Positions 1 to 9,592 are shown, numbered from the stretch's first letter. The stretch is 31,491 nt of DNA from Abditibacteriaceae bacterium (GCA_031372065.1 JANMKN010000219.1:1-31491), one strand, 5' to 3'. Translations and numbers: made by a program. Notes: generated by a model from the sequence alone, not told the origin.

Positions 1-140
1 ACGTTTGTTTGCTTGGTTGCATGATGACCGAAAAATCCGCATCCGCGACGAAAGGCGCTCCGATATTCACAAGGGACTCGTCTCCTTTGCTGCCGCACTC
101 ATCTGTTTGGCCGCTTTGTAATTCTTTTATTTAGGAACTC
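1..140 (+). mobile_element. 3' end of an IS5-family insertion sequence (IS427/IS1031-like), truncated by the window edge
   Basis: Frame 2..121 reads RLFAWLHDDRKIRIRDERRSDIHKGLVSFAAALICLAAL*, matching the IS5 transposase C-terminal pattern ERxFAWLxxxRRLxxRxERxxxxH. It is followed by a putative right end (...TATTTAGGAACTC, 140) and TTA (141-143), a TNA-type target duplication candidate. Confidence 0.85.
2..121 (+). CDS. IS5-family transposase, C-terminal 39 aa (partial)
   Basis: Manual translation; stop TAA at 119-121; below the ORF-track length cut-off. Confidence 0.85.
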   Translation, partial: RLFAWLHDDRKIRIRDERRSDIHKGLVSFAAALICLAAL

Positions 141-149
141 TTAGGTGTT

Positions 150-3023
150 TTGCTACTCGAAAATGCAGTGCAAGCCGCGCCCGTCGCGTGTGTTTCATCG
201 GCGTTGCAATTGGCAGGCAGTGTTTCCGCCGGAGGCGCGGTGGCGACGGTTGCAACTACGCAAGTCGCGTCTCTCTCGCAAGGAGTTTTAAAAGCCATGC
301 TCATCAACCAAATCAAAACCGGTGTTGTCGCCTCGCTTGCTTTCAGTATCATGGCCGCGTCCACAATTAAAATCGCGCACTACGCGATGGCGGCGCGCGT
401 TTTAACCCCATCCCCGGCCCTTCCCCTTGAAACGGCAAAAAGGGGAAGGGAGAACAACCCCTTACTCCTTGAAAAAGTAAGAATTAATTCGGAGCAAAAG
501 GGCTTAAGACACCCTTCCCCTTCGCCGTTTCAAGGGGAAGGGCCGGGGATGGGGTTAAAACGCGCGCCGCGCATTCTTCTGGCGCAGCCAACTTTGCCGA
601 TTAAGCTAGAAGAAAAACCCGCCGAAGCGCCAAAACTCGCCGCGCCGCAGGAAAAACCGGCCAAAATCGCCGATGTGATGCCGCAAGAAGGCGAAATCGC
701 CGTCGAAGGCCCGCTGATTGCCGTCAACAATGGGCGTTTCATCGTTGATGTCACGTCTTACACTTTGCCCAATGGAAAAGTGAATGCGGTAAATCCACCG
801 AAGCCGAAGGCGATTATTTTTAGCGAGAAAACGCCACTTCATATTCGCGGCGCGAAAACGCCTGTGAAATTAAGCGAATTAAAACCGGGAGGTTTTTTAC
901 GCGCTGTCGGGCCGGATAAAGGCACCGGCGAACCATTGCCTGCGCGCGATATTGCGGTGTGGGACATCACTTTGCAAAGCCCTCCACCAAGCGCGCCCCA
1001 AGCGCCAATTATCGAAACCGTTGATGATGCCGATATGCCGCCCGATGCCGAAAAGCGGCCTTATGAAAATGTATTCGCCGAAGGCGATTTTCAAAACGGC
1101 ATGGCGGGCCGCATTCCACCCGGTTGGACAGTAAGTCCCGGCATCAAAGCGCGTGTGCAGGAAAAAAATGGCAAAAAATGGTTGGCAATGACTAACGATG
1201 CGCCTCAAAATTGGGGCACATTGCGCCTTAATATTCCGATTGCGCCCGATTGGAAACGTGTGCGCGTTTCGGCGCAACTCAAAACGAAAAATCTAAAGAA
1301 CGTTACCGAATGGTGGCATACCTCGCGTTTGGATTTCAATATTCTGGGCGACAAAGGGCAGGTTCTGAGTTATGGGCGTGGCTTGAATCTCTGGGATAAC
1401 AGCGATTGGACGACGCTGCATAAATTTATCGTCATTCCAGAAGGAGCCGCGAGCCTGTCGCTCGAACCGGGATTTTTCAATTCCACTGGCGAATTATTGA
1501 TTGATAACATCCGCATTGAGGCCAATGTGCCCATCGAAGCGCGTCCAATTCGAGATGGTTTTCCCGAAGGCACTTTTGAAAAAATCGAAGGCTCCAGTTG
1601 GCCCGAAGGATTTGAGCCGTGGATTCCCGAAACGCTGAAAATGCTGGAGGAAAATGGGAATCATTTCGCGCGCCTGACGGCCAAGCCACCGGGACAGACA
1701 AGTGGCTTGGATGGTCGCTTTGCATTGCCGCCCGCATGGAGGCGCGTCAAAGTAAAGGCGCGCGTTCGTCTGACTAATTACACGCGGGGGCCGAAAAATT
1801 GGGAAACCGCAAAAATTGGCGTCGTTGCCGAAGATGAAACCGGCCAAAATGCTGGTAACAATTTGAAACCTGCGGAAATTATACCTTCCGAAAATTGGAC
1901 AACTGTTGAAATCACTAATCCCGTTCCCAAAGGTGCCACCATTTTGAATGTCAGGCCTCAACTCTCCAATTCTATTGGCGTGTTGGATGTGGATGACCTG
2001 ACAATTACCGATACCTCCAATGAAGAACCGCCACACTTCGTTATTACACCCGACTTGCCCGGCGGGCAGTTTGAAGATTTAGATGAAAAAGGCTGGCCCA
2101 AAGGCTGGATCAAAGAAGCGGGCCGGGAGGAAATGTTTCAGGTCGGGCAGGAAAACGGCAATCGCTTTTTGCGTTTGAGTAGCCCGAAACCGTATTACGC
2201 GGCGGCCAAAGCCCGCTTTAAGTTGCCTGCGAATTGGCAAGCCGTGAAAGTAAAAGGGCGCTTGCGCGTCAAAAATTTAGTGCGTGAAAGCAACACAGAA
2301 GGCTGGAAAACCACGCGCCTCGGCTTTATTTTTCAAAACGCGCAAGGCGCACGCGTGGGCGGTTTCTTGCCTTCACTGGAACTTCATGCCGATTCTGATT
2401 GGCAGGAACTCGAAGTCAAATCCGATATTCCACGCGATGCGGTTTATATCGAACTCGCCGCCGTTTTGCAAAACAGCGGCGGCATTTTCGATGTTGACGA
2501 TTTGAAAATCGAACAAGCCACACCCACCGTGAACCTCGCGCCGATTTACGAATGGACGCGCGCTTTTCCCGAAGGCACTTTTGAATTGCAAGAAGAAAAC
2601 GGCGCGCCGCTGCATTGGACAATGGATAATCGCGTGCAGATTCTGCAAGAAGACAACAACAAATTCTTGCGAATTACGGGCGAAAATATCCGCGATACAA
2701 TCTTTGTTTCAGGCGCGTGGAAAATCAAACCCGACTGGAAACGCGTGCGCGTGCGTGCCCGAATGCGCGCCGCCAATTTGCGCAAAGGTGCCAGCCCGTT
2801 CGACGGCGCGCGATTACAAATTTTGTTTTTGAACGATAAAGACGCCCTTATTAATCCAGTCCTCGCGCCGCTGGAACTGAAAACCGATTCCGACTGGAAA
2901 GATTTGCAAACTGTCGTTGAGATTCCACTCGGCGCGACAAGCATCAAACTTTTGCCATCCCTTTCGCGCAGTAGCGGCCTTTTCGATGTGGACGATGTGT
3001 TAATTGAGCCGCTAACAGAATAA
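150..3023 (+). CDS. 3' part of an IS-interrupted gene: probable C-terminal extension of an ECF sigma factor (Ala-rich linker, TM helix, DUF5666-like domain, four CBM4/9-like galactose-binding-fold repeats)
   Basis: The frame continues directly from the IS junction (TTA GGT GTT TTG = LGVL at 141-152), and the TTG at 150 is an unconvincing start. ENAVQAAP...SQGVLKAMLINQIK resembles the post-sigma4 linker of PVC/Armatimonadota ECF fusions. Four ~165-aa repeats begin (F/L)xEGxFE-like (~1065, 1560, 2055, 2565) and end GxxxIDDxxI-like. Confidence 0.75.
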   Translation: MLLENAVQAAPVACVSSALQLAGSVSAGGAVATVATTQVASLSQGVLKAMLINQIKTGVVASLAFSIMAASTIKIAHYAMAARVLTPSPALPLETAKRGRENNPLLLEKVRINSEQKGLRHPSPSPFQGEGPGMGLKRAPRILLAQPTLPIKLEEKPAEAPKLAAPQEKPAKIADVMPQEGEIAVEGPLIAVNNGRFIVDVTSYTLPNGKVNAVNPPKPKAIIFSEKTPLHIRGAKTPVKLSELKPGGFLRAVGPDKGTGEPLPARDIAVWDITLQSPPPSAPQAPIIETVDDADMPPDAEKRPYENVFAEGDFQNGMAGRIPPGWTVSPGIKARVQEKNGKKWLAMTNDAPQNWGTLRLNIPIAPDWKRVRVSAQLKTKNLKNVTEWWHTSRLDFNILGDKGQVLSYGRGLNLWDNSDWTTLHKFIVIPEGAASLSLEPGFFNSTGELLIDNIRIEANVPIEARPIRDGFPEGTFEKIEGSSWPEGFEPWIPETLKMLEENGNHFARLTAKPPGQTSGLDGRFALPPAWRRVKVKARVRLTNYTRGPKNWETAKIGVVAEDETGQNAGNNLKPAEIIPSENWTTVEITNPVPKGATILNVRPQLSNSIGVLDVDDLTITDTSNEEPPHFVITPDLPGGQFEDLDEKGWPKGWIKEAGREEMFQVGQENGNRFLRLSSPKPYYAAAKARFKLPANWQAVKVKGRLRVKNLVRESNTEGWKTTRLGFIFQNAQGARVGGFLPSLELHADSDWQELEVKSDIPRDAVYIELAAVLQNSGGIFDVDDLKIEQATPTVNLAPIYEWTRAFPEGTFELQEENGAPLHWTMDNRVQILQEDNNKFLRITGENIRDTIFVSGAWKIKPDWKRVRVRARMRAANLRKGASPFDGARLQILFLNDKDALINPVLAPLELKTDSDWKDLQTVVEIPLGATSIKLLPSLSRSSGLFDVDDVLIEPLTE
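390..570. repeat. Large palindromic REP/MITE-like element lying in frame within the CDS
   Basis: 390-436 is a perfect 47-bp inverted repeat of 524-570, extending imperfectly to ~60 bp. Each arm is itself a CCCTTCCCCTT...AAGGGGAAGGG hairpin. Confidence 0.9.
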
Positions 3024-3055
3024 ACTCTGCGCCCTCCGCGTCCTCTGCGGTTAAA
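3024..3055. repeat. Short REP-like intergenic repeat (CTCTGCGCC CTCCGCGTC CTCTGCGGT)
   Basis: Three degenerate 9-bp units immediately after the stop codon. Confidence 0.4.
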
Positions 3056-3063
3056 TATAATAC

Positions 3064-3837
3064 ATGAGTCATTTGCATTTTCAAGAAGCTGGAAGCGGCG
3101 CGCCCTTGGTTTTGTTACACGCCTTTCCCCTGTCGAGCGAATTATGGCGCCCGCAATTGGATAATTTAGCCGATGAACTTCATGTTATCGCGCCCGAATT
3201 GCCGGGTTTTGGCAAATCGCCCGATTTTGAAAGTGACTCATCGGTGGAACACATGGCAAACGCCGTGATGGCGCTTTTGCAGCAATTAAATATCACCGAA
3301 AAAATCATTCTCGGCGGCCTTTCGATGGGCGGTTATACGGCTCTGGCGTTTGCCCGCTTGTTTCCTGAAAGCCTGCGCGCTCTGATTTTATGCGACACCC
3401 GCGCCGAAGCCGACAACGCCGAAGGCAAAGCCAATCGCGACAAAATGATAGCGACGGCCCAAAGCGAAGGCGCCGCGCCGATTGCCGCGCAAATGCTGCC
3501 CAAACTGCTCGGCCAAACCTCGCAAAACGAGCGCGAAAGTGTTGTAAATACCGTTCAAAATCTTGCCTTGCAGCAAAGCCCAACAGCCATCGCCAACGCC
3601 CTGCGCGCCTTGCGTGACAGGCCCGATTCTCTTGATTTACTGGGGCAAATCACTGTTCCCACGCTGGTTATTGTCGGCGACGAAGACACCATTACGCCGC
3701 TTGCGATGGCGCAGACTTTGGCTGATAATATCCCGCAAGCGCAGTTAAAAATTATCCCGCAAGCCGGTCATTTATCAAACATCGAACAGCCGGAAGAATT
3801 CAATCGCGCGATTCGTAAATTTTGCAGAAATCTGTGA
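3064..3837 (+). CDS. Alpha/beta fold hydrolase (PcaD/enol-lactonase-like)
   Basis: LVLLHAFP oxyanion region, GLSMGG nucleophile elbow, VGDEDTITP (Asp), AGHLSNIEQP (His). Confidence 0.92.
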   Translation: MSHLHFQEAGSGAPLVLLHAFPLSSELWRPQLDNLADELHVIAPELPGFGKSPDFESDSSVEHMANAVMALLQQLNITEKIILGGLSMGGYTALAFARLFPESLRALILCDTRAEADNAEGKANRDKMIATAQSEGAAPIAAQMLPKLLGQTSQNERESVVNTVQNLALQQSPTAIANALRALRDRPDSLDLLGQITVPTLVIVGDEDTITPLAMAQTLADNIPQAQLKIIPQAGHLSNIEQPEEFNRAIRKFCRNL

Positions 3838-3844
3838 GGTTACT

Positions 3845-4996
3845 ATGCGATTTTTGATTGGTTTTTTGCTGTTGATAACGGCTTTTGCAGGCGCCAACGA
3901 TGCAGTTGTCACCGGCATCGGCGGGCGCTGGAACTTTATGGATGGAGAGCATTCCCAAGTGCAAATGGTGCGCGAAAAGGTGCAAATAACCATTGGTGAT
4001 GGCGAATTATATCGTGTGGTTGCCGACTTTGTTTTTCGCAATCGCGGGCCGCGCACTGTTGTCACTATGGGCTTTCCCGAAAGCGGCGGCGGCGATATTG
4101 ATTCGCTGCACTTGCGCCACAAAACCGCTTTCAAAAACTTTCAAAGTTGGGTGGATAATCGCAACGTGAGGCTGTGGCGTGCGCCTGCCCACACCACCGA
4201 AAACACTTACGAAGCGTTTTGGATCAAAAAAGTCGGCTTTGCCGCGCATCAAACGCGGCGCGTGCGCGTTTCGTATCAAGCGCCTTTGGGCGTTGCTGTT
4301 GGTGGGCCAAAGGCGGCTTCTTATGTTTTTACCGGCAAAAACTGGCTGGGTGAAGTGGAAGAAAGCGTGCTAATCGTAGATTTTCTGCGTCGCGGCACTT
4401 TTGCCGCCTCCGACGATTTAGCGCGTGACGAATCGGTGCGCAAAGCGCGTCGCGGCAATCATTTTGTGTATCGCTGGAATCATTGGCAAGCCAGCACAAC
4501 TTTCGATTTTAATTTCATGAAAACCGTGCCGGGTTGGTTACAAATTAGCGCTTGGAATATGGATTTGAACATCAACAACGGCCCGAAAACTTCCAAAACG
4601 CAGGGCGCCGATTTTCTGCCCGCCGCGCTTTTACGCGATGGCACAACACTAATTTCGCTGCGCAAAATGGCGGAAATTCTGTCGGTTCACGAGAGAATGA
4701 CGCTGGGCACGCCTGAAAAATATCTTATCTGGAACCGGCGCAGCAACGCCCTGAATTTGAACAGCGAAAGCCATAGTTTCGGCTTTTTGACGGGTCGAAA
4801 AACCATGCAGTTGGACGAAAAACAAAGCATCGTTTTGCCGATGGCGCCTTTGAAATTAACCTCGCGCAACGCGGGGCAAAGCGAAACTTATGTGCCCTTG
4901 CGCCCGCTTTTAAAGGTCTTGGGCGCCGACGCGAAAGTGGACGCCAAGGGGCGCGCTTTGAGAATTATGTGGCCGGTTTATACAGCGAAAAAATAA
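3845..4996 (+). CDS. Secreted DUF4424-like protein with C-terminal copper-amine-oxidase N-terminal (stalk)-like domain
   Basis: Signal peptide; VQMVREKVQI, FVFRN, MGFPE, YVFTGKNWLGEV motifs; C-terminal TLISLR...TYVPLRPLLKVLGA. Confidence 0.7.
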   Translation: MRFLIGFLLLITAFAGANDAVVTGIGGRWNFMDGEHSQVQMVREKVQITIGDGELYRVVADFVFRNRGPRTVVTMGFPESGGGDIDSLHLRHKTAFKNFQSWVDNRNVRLWRAPAHTTENTYEAFWIKKVGFAAHQTRRVRVSYQAPLGVAVGGPKAASYVFTGKNWLGEVEESVLIVDFLRRGTFAASDDLARDESVRKARRGNHFVYRWNHWQASTTFDFNFMKTVPGWLQISAWNMDLNINNGPKTSKTQGADFLPAALLRDGTTLISLRKMAEILSVHERMTLGTPEKYLIWNRRSNALNLNSESHSFGFLTGRKTMQLDEKQSIVLPMAPLKLTSRNAGQSETYVPLRPLLKVLGADAKVDAKGRALRIMWPVYTAKK

Positions 4997-5071
4997 ATTT
5001 CCACTCATTGCTGTGCCGCGCGATTGTGCCTTGCGGTTGCGCTGTAAGCGCGACAAAATGAAAGCAACATT

Positions 5072-5395
5072 ATGAAAGCATCAATGAAAATCTCTGCCAT
5101 TATCACTTTTGTTTACGCCCTTTTAGTTTTTATCGGCGGTATTATGGGCTACAACAAGGGCAGCATGGCTTCTCTGGTCACCAGCACAATTGTCGCGGTG
5201 ATTTTGCTGAACGCCGGCATTGGCCTCAAACGCGATGCCTCGTGGGGCTTTCCCTTAGCTGTCGCCGCCATGATTGGCATGATCGGTTTTGGCATTTACC
5301 GTTATATCGAAACCAGCAAAGTCATGCCGCCCCTTGGCATCGCCGCGCTTAGTTTCGTCGCGCTGCTTGGTGTTTTGCTGACCAAAGGCAAGTAG
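5072..5395 (+). CDS. TMEM14 family small membrane protein
   Basis: YALLVFIGGIMGYNKGSMASL and KVMPPLG motifs; four hydrophobic segments. Confidence 0.85.
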   Translation: MKASMKISAIITFVYALLVFIGGIMGYNKGSMASLVTSTIVAVILLNAGIGLKRDASWGFPLAVAAMIGMIGFGIYRYIETSKVMPPLGIAALSFVALLGVLLTKGK

Positions 5396-5398
5396 TTT

Positions 5399-5470
5399 TA
5401 GTCACAAAAAAGCACAAAAGCCACAAAAAGAAACAAATCTTTTTGTGGCTTTTGTGCTTTTTCGCGGCTA
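5399..5470. terminator. Long palindrome between convergent genes (bidirectional terminator or REP-like element)
   Basis: 5407-5431 is a perfect 25-bp inverted repeat of 5438-5462, built from CACAAAA-type units. Confidence 0.7.
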
Positions 5471-5475
5471 TTATT

Positions 5476-7509
5476 TTACAAACGCAATTGCGCGTCCAAT
5501 TCGCTTTGCGCGGACTGGCGAATATTTGTCATGGCGGCTTCGACTTCGTCTTCGGTCAGCGTGCGTTCGGCGGCGCGAAAGCGCAGGGCAATAGCGATGC
5601 TTTTGTGATTTTCGGGAATGCCAGTGCCCGTATAAACATCGAAAATGCGGGCGTTTTCCAGCAAAGCGCCTCCGGCGCGGCGCACCACAGTTTCCACTTG
5701 CGCTGCCGTGATTTCACTTTTTAAGAGCATTGCTAAATCGCGGTCGCTGGACGGCACGCGCGCAATCGGCTGCGCCGTGCGCGACAAACTGGCGAATTGT
5801 GCCAATGTTTTCCAATCGAGTTCGGCCACTATCGCGCGCGGTTTGAGCGCGTAATTTTCGCGCACATCAGGATGCACTTCGCCGATAATGCCAATCTCTT
5901 TTTCGTTCAAAAACACCTGCGCCGTGCGGCCCGGATGAAAAGACGAATTCTGCGCCGCGCGATAATCGGCGGCGGGCGCGCCAAGAGCCGAAAGCAAGGC
6001 ATCTATGATAGATTTTAAGGCGTAAAAATCGGCGGGCGCTTGATGTTTTTGCCAGTGTGCTTCGCTCGGCGCGTCCAACAGCGCAAGGCCGATTTTTAAC
6101 GGTTCGTTTGGCTGCGCCTCGCCGTTGGAGTGAAAGACTTTGCCAATTTCAAAAAGCCTTGCCCGCGTGCGAGAATTATTCGCCAAAGAATTCAAAAGCG
6201 ATGGCAAAAGACTGGTGCGCAATTGGGTGTAATCTTCCGACAATGGGTTGCGCAGCATGACGGGCGCGGCATCGTCATTCAATCCGGCGCGTTCGGAGGA
6301 CAGGGAATTTTCCAGCGAATAGGTCACAATCTCGTTTAATCCGCAGCCCAACAAAGCCATGCGCGCCGCTTCTTCCAAGCGCTGCGCGGCATTGAGTCCG
6401 GCGCCCGAAACGGCGCTGGTGGGCAAGGTTGTCGGAATTTTGTCGTAGCCGTGAATGCGCGCCACTTCTTCGATGAGATCAATTTCGCGCTCGATGTCGC
6501 GTCGCCACGTCGGAACCGAAACTACGGCTTTGTCGCCCTGATTTTCGACGGCCAAACCGAGGCGCTGCAAGGCCGTCACGATTTCGATTTCGTTCAATTC
6601 CAAACCAAGAATTTTCCGGCAGCGCGCAAAGCGCAATTCGACCTGCGCAGGCGCCACGATTTGCGGATAATTATCGGCCAAACCGGAAGCGATTTGCCTG
6701 CCGCAACATTCGATTAAGAGTTGAACCGTGCGCTCGGCCACGCGCGGGATATTATTGGGGTCAACCCAGCGCTCATAGCGGCGGCTGGCTTCAGAGCGCA
6801 AATTCAATTCGCGCACGCCGCGCCGCACTCGCAGCGGCGAAAACTGCGCGATTTCCAACAAAATGCGCGTGGTCGAATCGGTGACTTCGGAATCCTGACC
6901 GCCCATAATGCCCGCTATGGCAACCGGGCCGCGCGTGTCGGTGATCAGCAAAATTTCCTCGCTCAGTTCGCGCAAAGCGCCGTCTAAGGTGGTGAATTTT
7001 TCGCCGTTTTGGGCGCGGCGCACGATGATTTTTTCGCCGTGCAATTTGTCGGCATCAAAGGCGTGCAGCGGCTGGCCCCATTCGAGCATGACGTAATTTG
7101 TCACGTCCACCACGTTGTTAATCGGGCGCATTCCGGCTTGAATTAAGCGGTTTTGCATCCAGTCGGGTGATGGGCCGATTTGAATGTTTTCGATAATTTG
7201 CGCCGCATACCGCGCGCAATCATCGGCGTTTTCGATTGCAATTTGCACGCGCGCTTCGCCATGCGTCTGGCCCGAAGGCGCGGCAAGATTGAAGTCGTCC
7301 ACTTTCATCGGTTCGCCGCTCATGGCGCTAATTTCACGCGCCAAACCAACCGCCGACAGCCAATCGCCGCGATTGGAAGTGACTTCCAGCGACCACACGC
7401 CGTCTTCATTATTTTCCACGCCAATGCCCGCCATCTCGAAAAGGTGTTCGAGTTCTTCGGCGGCGGGCGTTGTTACAAATTCATTCAACCAGTCGGAAGA
7501 AATTCTCAT
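5476..7509 (-). CDS. pheT: Phenylalanine--tRNA ligase beta subunit (short form lacking the B2 OB-fold domain)
   Basis: EVTSNRGD, B3/4 GMRPINNVVDVTNYVMLEWGQPLHAFD, B5 VPTWRRDIEREIDLIEEVARIHGY, C-terminal FDX-ACB; 677 aa. Confidence 0.97.
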   Translation of the reverse strand: MRISSDWLNEFVTTPAAEELEHLFEMAGIGVENNEDGVWSLEVTSNRGDWLSAVGLAREISAMSGEPMKVDDFNLAAPSGQTHGEARVQIAIENADDCARYAAQIIENIQIGPSPDWMQNRLIQAGMRPINNVVDVTNYVMLEWGQPLHAFDADKLHGEKIIVRRAQNGEKFTTLDGALRELSEEILLITDTRGPVAIAGIMGGQDSEVTDSTTRILLEIAQFSPLRVRRGVRELNLRSEASRRYERWVDPNNIPRVAERTVQLLIECCGRQIASGLADNYPQIVAPAQVELRFARCRKILGLELNEIEIVTALQRLGLAVENQGDKAVVSVPTWRRDIEREIDLIEEVARIHGYDKIPTTLPTSAVSGAGLNAAQRLEEAARMALLGCGLNEIVTYSLENSLSSERAGLNDDAAPVMLRNPLSEDYTQLRTSLLPSLLNSLANNSRTRARLFEIGKVFHSNGEAQPNEPLKIGLALLDAPSEAHWQKHQAPADFYALKSIIDALLSALGAPAADYRAAQNSSFHPGRTAQVFLNEKEIGIIGEVHPDVRENYALKPRAIVAELDWKTLAQFASLSRTAQPIARVPSSDRDLAMLLKSEITAAQVETVVRRAGGALLENARIFDVYTGTGIPENHKSIAIALRFRAAERTLTEDEVEAAMTNIRQSAQSELDAQLRL

Positions 7510-7536
7510 AGTTTTATGGCTTTTGTAGCTCGAATT

Positions 7537-8541
7537 TTAAGATTCCGCCTCGTCTTCGGCATTCAATGGGTAGCAGTTGTAAGGGCCAACATCAAAAACG
7601 CCGATGGACTGCAATTCGCATTCATCCACAAACTGACATTCCACGACATGGATTGGCGTGTCCCAACGTGGCGATTCCATTTGCAGAGCCAATTGTTCAG
7701 CTTCCTCGGCTATGCGTGCGACAACAGAAAAAGATGTGAAAAATCCCATTTCTTCGCCATCCTCATCGGTGAATTCGCCTTTTAACAGCACCTGAAAATA
7801 ACGTGCGGCTTCCGGCAAATCAGGTGTTGTGTCGCGCAATAGTTCTAACGCATCTGAATAAGTCCGCTTTTCCTGCAATGATTCAAGCGCCCATTGATGA
7901 GCGCGTTCAATTTCGCCACATTGCAACAAAGCGCGCCCGCCTTGTTCCCAGAAAACAGCAAAAGATTCATGCTCGTCGCAGTTTTCGTTGCTGATTTCAT
8001 TTTTCATAAAATTGGCGCGCTCCAACACCTGCTCACATTGATTCAAGTTCGCTAAAGTTCGCAAACGAAAGCCTTCAACGCGCCAGCGCAAGGCCGGATA
8101 ATCCTGCAAAAGGTCACCGGAAATTTCGTCGACAATTTGCCATGCCTCTTCGTGGTTCTTCATGCGCCCCAAAACCGTAGCGCGATTGAATTGAAGTGAC
8201 GCTGTTACATCCTCGTCAATATCAAGAGCCAATCCCTGTGCATAACAATCAAGTGCCTCTTCAAAATTGCTCTCATCCGAAAGGCAGTTACCAAGCAATT
8301 CCCAAAGAGGCCATGCCCCCGCCGCTCTGCTAACGCCTTCGCGCAGAATTGCAATGGCCGCTTCTCGATTATCTTGATCTAAATAAATCAACGCTTGAAT
8401 TTCAAAATAAGACGAAAAATGTAACTGTTCCAGTTGCAGAGCTAATTCTTGAGCCATTTCCAGTTCGCCGGAATTTAAGGCTTCAAAGGCACGTTCAGTA
8501 ATTTCAGGTGCGTCCTGGGGATTTAAATTTTCCTCATTCAT
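7537..8541 (-). CDS. Tetratricopeptide-repeat protein, acidic
   Basis: TPR-like helices (WELLGNCLSDESNFEEALDCYAQGLALD). ATG at 8541 is preceded by AAGGA; TTG at 8568 is an alternative start. Confidence 0.8.
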   Translation of the reverse strand: MNEENLNPQDAPEITERAFEALNSGELEMAQELALQLEQLHFSSYFEIQALIYLDQDNREAAIAILREGVSRAAGAWPLWELLGNCLSDESNFEEALDCYAQGLALDIDEDVTASLQFNRATVLGRMKNHEEAWQIVDEISGDLLQDYPALRWRVEGFRLRTLANLNQCEQVLERANFMKNEISNENCDEHESFAVFWEQGGRALLQCGEIERAHQWALESLQEKRTYSDALELLRDTTPDLPEAARYFQVLLKGEFTDEDGEEMGFFTSFSVVARIAEEAEQLALQMESPRWDTPIHVVECQFVDECELQSIGVFDVGPYNCYPLNAEDEAES

Positions 8542-8564
8542 GGTTCCATCCTTCAAGCACGCCG

Positions 8565-9566
8565 TCAAAATTGTTTCAAAAAGCGCAGGTCGTTTTCGTA
8601 GAATAAGCGGATGTCGTCAATGGAAAATTTGATCATCGTCATGCGCTCGATGCCAAAACCAAAGGCGAAGCCGGTGTATTTTTCGCTGTCGTAGCCGACG
8701 TTTTCCAAAACTTTGGGGTGAACCATGCCGCAACCGCCCAGTTCGAGCCATTTGCCGTTGAAAAACACATCGAATTCGGCGCTCGGCTCGGTAAACGGAA
8801 AATAATGCGGGCGAAAACGCGTTTGTAATTTCTCGCCGGTGCCCGTTGCATCGGCAAAAAGCTGCTGCAAAAACTCGGTTAAAGTGCCTTTTAAATCGCC
8901 AAAAGTCACGCCTTCGTCCACTAAAAGGCCTTCGACTTGATGAAACACTGCCGAATGGGTGCGATCTACTGAGTCGCGGCGATAAACGCGGCCCGGCGCG
9001 ATGATTTTAACGGGCGGCGCCTGATTTTCCATGACGCGAATTTGCACGGCGCTGGTTTCGGTGCGCAAAACCAAATCGTCTCCCGCGAAAAGCGAATCTT
9101 TTTCGGCGCGCGCCGGATGATCGGGGCCGATATTGAGCGCATCGAAATTGTAATAATTGGTTTCGACTTCCGGCCCTTCGGCCACGCTGTAACCCAAGCC
9201 GGCAAAAATGCGCACCACATCGTTCCACGTTTGGCGCAGCGGATGGCGGCGCCCAACCGGCAAAGGGGCGCCGGGCAACGTGACATCAATGGTTTCCGAA
9301 GCCAAAGCCGCATCGCGCGCGGCTTTTTTGAGCGCATTTTCGCGTTCATCCAACAAGGCTTCGAGGCGTTCTTGTGCTTGATTGACCAGTTGACCGGCCA
9401 AGGGGCGCTCTTCGGCGGACAGCGCGCCCAGACCGCGCAAAAGGCCTTTTAACTCGCTTTTTTTGCCGGTCAGTTGGGTGCGCGCGTCTTTTAATTGAGC
9501 TAAATCGGCGGCGGCCAAAATGCGTGCGCGCCCGCTGCTTTCCAATTCGTGAATTTGTGCTTGCAT
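8565..9566 (-). CDS. pheS: Phenylalanine--tRNA ligase alpha subunit
   Basis: GRRHPL, NFDALN, HPAR, LRTETS, FHQVEGL, RFRPHYFPFTEPSAE, GFAFGFGIER. Confidence 0.98.
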   Translation of the reverse strand: MQAQIHELESSGRARILAAADLAQLKDARTQLTGKKSELKGLLRGLGALSAEERPLAGQLVNQAQERLEALLDERENALKKAARDAALASETIDVTLPGAPLPVGRRHPLRQTWNDVVRIFAGLGYSVAEGPEVETNYYNFDALNIGPDHPARAEKDSLFAGDDLVLRTETSAVQIRVMENQAPPVKIIAPGRVYRRDSVDRTHSAVFHQVEGLLVDEGVTFGDLKGTLTEFLQQLFADATGTGEKLQTRFRPHYFPFTEPSAEFDVFFNGKWLELGGCGMVHPKVLENVGYDSEKYTGFAFGFGIERMTMIKFSIDDIRLFYENDLRFLKQF

Positions 9567-9592
9567 ATGCGCTTGTCTATCGTGCTTGATTT

